DNA of 54,221 nt, filler included, from Jimgerdemannia flammicorona (taxonomy: Eukaryota), in NCBI GenBank assembly GCA_003990765.1. It is 2 parts of 2 records of this genome, joined end to end, with 100 filler letters (N's around TTAATTAATTAA, not from the genome) between each part and the next. Parts side by side here need not be neighbours in the genome. Positions count along the whole stretch, not along the records: positions 27,165 to 54,221 come from RBNJ01000667.1; 1 more part is not named here. One strand, written 5' to 3'. The notes under the pieces were generated by a model. That model ran no database searches. It had not been told where the DNA came from and was given only the letters and a program-made list of their open reading frames with translations. The translations under genes were made by a program, and so were the position numbers. Shown piece after piece: positions 50,087 through 54,221 of the stretch (positions are counted from its first letter, which is position 1; the number at the start of each line of letters is the position of its first letter).

Positions 50087-53000
50087 TAGAATTTGGAGAT
50101 GGGCAGCCACTTTGAATAAGGTGGTGCCTCCTCGATATTAGGTAGTTTGGTGGAGGTTCCTGAGAAGGAATGTGATGCTGAATTATTGGATGAGTTAGAT
50201 GGTGATTGATGGGTGCAAGGATTGTGAATGGTGTATTGAGATCTTGGGAGAAGTGGCTCAGACCCTGGAGCATGTCATAGAGGTCTGCCCAGGAGTGGAG
50301 GGTTACTGGAGGATGCTGGAGGAACATTGGGGTTCTGATCAAAGGAGGCCAGGAGAGTCAGCCAGTGCTGTCATTCGGAGGAGACTGGTGTGAGATATTG
50401 GGGATGTTTGGGGAGGTTTTGGGTGGATTTTGGGAGTATAGATTTTAATGGTGGCATACTGGTGATGGGTCTTTGAGGGTGAATGTTGGATGGGAATTGG
50501 GGATCTGGTGGAGAGATGGCGTTGGCTAGTGTGAGAGGTAGTATAGTGTTGGTGGTACCAGGGGAGGCAGCAGGAGTTAGGGGCAGTTAAGAAGGTGCAA
50601 GATGTCATTTTGGGGAGTCAGGGTCATTTGCTGCTAGGTGAAGGTGGGGTGTAGTAGAAAATTGGAGTAGGTTGATTGGACCTGCTAGGTTTATTTTGCT
50701 CAGATAGTAGGGGATAGGTAGTGGGTGGGGAAACCTTGTAGTGTAATTCATATAGACTAGTGGAATAAAGGAGTCCAAGTGACTATAAAAAAAAAGGTCA
50801 ACCTTTACTGACAAGGTCAGAATGGGGAAGATGGCAACTGGTCTAGATAGTTGGCTGGGCCTGGGGAAGGCATCGACGGCTGCTGCTGGGGGACAGGGAG
50901 GTGTGCCCATGGGAGCTTCTGGTGATAGGGAAGGAGCCAGAGTAGGGGCTGGAGATGTGACTGTTGATGGGGCTGTGACTGGGGATCTGGCAAAAAATCC
51001 AGATATGACAGTGGTCAGCAATTCAGGACAAGAGGTGGGCATGAGGCCTGGGGACCTGGTGGATGGGGTGACAGGAATGGTGTTGGCCCCATTACTCAAG
51101 AAGTCGAGGTCAGAATTTGCAGTCACAATGAGTTTCCAGGGCTTGGCAGTGATAGTGAGGATGATCTTGGGGCTGGTGGTGCAGGAGGTGAAGGGGGCAG
51201 CCTTGGTGAAGTTCTTGAAGGAGAAGGAAGGGGTTGAGGTGGGGTTTGAGGAGGAAGATGCCTTGCTGGTAGCTCTGGAGAAGGGGGTGACTGTCAGTGG
51301 AGTTGTGGTCCATATGGCCAAGTGCATGTGCTGGGATCCTTGAGTGGAGCAGTTGATGGTGTTGGATCTCCCTACAGTATTGAAAGAGAGGACCAGAGAG
51401 TTGGTTGTAGAGGTGATCAAGGAGTATGGAAAGATTGTGGACATTGGGTTCAAGGTATGGGAGAGTATGGAGCTCTAGACAGGGGGTGTCGATGTCAGGG
51501 TGAGGCTGGCTGGGAAGGAGAATACAGGAAAGTTGAGAGACTGGCCGGTGATGCTGAGGTGGGGACCAGTGGAGTACAAGGTCACAAGGGTGAAGGGGAC
51601 TCAGGAGGAGGAGAAAGATCTGCTGGAAGCTCTGAAGGATCTGGAAGGGGTGGTTGCAAGGAGGAGATTGGCCTGAAAGGAGTTTGAGACCAGAATGGTG
51701 GTGGGGGAGGTAGATGGGAAGAGGGTCCGGATGAAGAGGGGGGCTTGGGAGAAGATGCAGGGGAGGAAACTCCAGAGGGAGCTGTTGGCAAAGTTAGATG
51801 GGGGTAGAGCTGATAGAAGCTCAGGGGAAGGGAATGCGGGATTGCAGGAGAGCACCTGGGCTGTGGAGGGTGAAAGGGCCCAGGGTGGGACTCGGAGCAG
51901 ATTGGAGGAGGCAAGGGAAGATAATGTGGAGGCAGATGTGGAAATGAGCAACGGCGCATGCCCTCAGTATAGTGTCCCAGGTGGAGTTGAGGGGGAGGAG
52001 GAGCTGCTAGATGTGCCAGATGAGGAGTGGGATGAGTCAGTAAGGAGGAGCTGCTAGATGTGCCAGATGAGGAGTGGGATGAGTTGGTGAGGAGGAGCAC
52101 TCTGATGGACCCCGAGGTGGATGGGGGACAAATTGTCCAGAGTGTGGTAAAGGCGGTGGATGAGGAGAAGTGGATGTGGAAGACCCTGGAAGGGGTGGCG
52201 GCAGAGGAGCTGGGGGGAGAGGATTTCAGGGTTATGGAAGTAAGGTATTGGGAGGAGATCCTACAGGGGGAGGAGGTGCCAAGAAAGATGAGGAATGAGA
52301 TCCTGGCTGTTCTCCTGAAGTCAGTTGAGTATCAAGTCGATGATCAGTGAGAAGAGGAACTTAGGAAGATTGCGAGTGACCAGGTGTTATATTTGTGGAA
52401 CTCAAGGAAGGAACTAGAGACGTGGTTCATGGTCTGCCTGAACTACCAGTCAGAGATGGAGGTAGTGGATGGGGTGGAATGTCAGGAAATCTTAGAGGCA
52501 CTGGATGCTCAGGTTAATGCTGAGGGTGACTTAGAAGTGGAATGGCGCTTGGATCTGGCTAGGGATGAGATGAGCATGGAGTACTAGACTGGGATCCCTA
52601 TTGCAACATTTCTTCAATATGAACAGTACAACTAAGATATTCTCTTTGAACGTCAATGGGCTAAGGGGGATAGCTAGGAGGAAATATATATTTGGATGGC
52701 TTAAGGGACTGGATGCAGATATCTTCTTATTGCAGGATACTCATTATGAGGTGGATGTCGATTTACAGGATTGGACTAAGGAATGGGGGGGGGCAGTGGT
52801 ATGGAGGGAGAAAGTGGGTATTCTTATTTGGAAAGAGATGGGGGACATTGGGGACATTGGACACTGGAGGTCTAGGGTGATGTAGGGAGTATGGAAGAGG
52901 CCTGGATGGGGCTTGTTGACAGTTGGGTCTGTTTACTGCCCAGCTGAGAGAGGGGAGAGGGTGGATTGGATTCGCAGATTGAAGGAGGCTGGTGTCTTAG

Positions 53001-53933
53001 GTGAAGTTGGGTTGGACTGCCTGGGGAGTGATTTTAACATGGTTCGGGATAAGGAGATGGATAGGACAGATGGAGGGAGGGGCATGAGGAGCGAGAGTGG
53101 TGGGCTAGGTGACTGGTTGGAGACAGAGAGGTTGAGCAAATTAGTGGACTCTGGAAGACAGTTTTGGGACAAGCGATGGGTGTATACCCACTGAGCAGCA
53201 GGGCTGGGCTCTAGGATTGACTGGGTTTTGATAGCGGATTGTTGGGGGGTGGATGTCTGGGTGGTGCTTATGGTAGTTTGGTGTCCATGGTCAGATTACT
53301 GGGAGCTGCTAGGTGGGGGAGGTTTGGGGGAAGTGAGGAGGGACCTGGATATTGGCAATTAAATTCTTCCTTATTAGAGGATAGGGTGCTGTGGGAGGGT
53401 TGGGAATCAGAGATGATCAGGAATATTAGTAGGTGGTGGGAATGGGGCTTAGGGATTGGGGACTACTGGAGGAGGCTGAAGGCAAATGCTCAGAGGTATT
53501 GGAGGGAAGCTGGGAAAGGAAGGTGTGCTCAGTGGCAGCAGCAGGTACTGTGGGCCTCACAGTGCCTAGTGACACTCATGGGGAGATGGGCAGGTATGCT
53601 AGAAGATGGGGAGGTGGTGGACTGACATATTGTGAGAATCTGTAAGGAGGTGGAGGAGCTTAAAGGAGTACTACATAGTGAGGAGGAGGTGAGGCTGCAG
53701 GGGATGGTGGCCCGGCTGTGGTGGTAGGAGCTTAAGTAGGGGAAGAGGCCTACTAGATTTGGGGGCTCTAGATGCAAATAGTGAGCTAGTGGTGGGGACT
53801 CAGGTGATTTTGGATTTACTGAGAACCCATTGAGGGAATTTATGGAGTGAGGGGGAAGGAGGAGTGGATGCCAGGGACATTCAAAGGTAGCTGGAGGATT
53901 GGTATCCAAACCCTATGATGGGCCGATATATAT

Positions 53934-54221
53934 GACCATCTTTCTCTGGTAACATTCAGGTTACACAACCCTTTGGCAACACTTTCGACAAAGTTTCTGG
54001 AGAAAAGCTACTAGTATCATGGCAACCAACGAGCATCCGGAGGTGCATACTGGGCAGGGTGGCCCTGGAGCATTTGAATGGCAGCAAGTGGGGAGAGGCC
54101 CTGGCTTGGGGGGAAGTATGAGGGGCCTGCTGGCAGGGGGCTGTGGTGGAAGAGGGGGTGGAGCTGGAGGTCAAGGGTCTGGCAGGGTGAGCTTTGCGGA
54201 GAAGATGAAGGGGGGTCGGCA
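53934..54221 (+). mobile_element. LINE C 5' end and ORF1 start (ATG 54019), running off the window
   Basis: 5' motif shared with LINE A. HTGQGGPGAFEWQQV matches LINE A HTGQGGDGTFGWQQV, followed by an SFA motif. Confidence 0.88.

Larger units (their letters stand above)
37927..50640 (+). pseudogene. LINE B ORF2 (APE-RT-CCHC), interrupted by Ty3 copy L
   Basis: SININGL, SDH, EGERSTKY, FLDQEKAYDRV, GVLQGDPLSP, FADD and CEWC...TLEHVIEVC (~50215-50290). Confidence 0.92.
35874..50795 (+). mobile_element. LINE B: full-length L1/Tx1-like element (35874-40978 plus 50087-50795)
   Basis: 15-bp TSD GGTCAACCTTT(G/A)CTG at 35859-35873 and 50796-50810, with AATAAA and poly-A at 50787-50795. Confidence 0.95.
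35603..53933 (+). mobile_element. LINE A (35603-35873 plus 50796-53933): ORF1 from 35675 to 52587, ORF2 endonuclease from 52619, split by LINE B and cut by LINE C
   Basis: ORF1 rejoins across the LINE B TSD (…GERSTFADKVRMGK…). ORF2 has SLNVNGL, LQDTH, VYCP, SDFN and SRID motifs. Confidence 0.9.

Overview
The whole window is a nest of decayed eukaryotic retroelements and contains no recognisable host gene. Element types and the C-to-T decay pattern suggest a repeat-rich fungus, possibly an early-diverging lineage (inference). Contents: (1) a Ty3/gypsy element (70-5534, TSD CTAT) inside a minus-strand LINE (1-~8195). (2) Two very decayed copies of a second Ty3 family (~8200-11404 and ~11585-26027, tRNA-Pro-like PBS). 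(3) A complete DIRS1-type tyrosine-recombinase retrotransposon (15412-25933, with ITRs, ICR and an MT domain) that contains a complete Ngaro-type element (16869-22563, split direct repeats). (4) A stack of four co-oriented L1/Tx1-like LINEs (26028-54221) carrying two inverted copies of a chromodomain Ty3 family (27384-34744 minus; 40979-50086 plus, TSD TAGAA). (5) A 100-bp assembly spacer at 27065-27164. Almost all ORFs are broken by C>T/G>A transitions, both CpG and non-CpG. The most notable observations are these: three unrelated Ty3 families all carry dUTPase plus an unannotated C-x-H...C-x2-C module; two of them share a homologous unannotated 3' ORF3; the Ngaro element has an array of about ten 23-bp repeats with unique spacers after its recombinase; and a CpG-retaining island sits inside an otherwise deaminated LTR.
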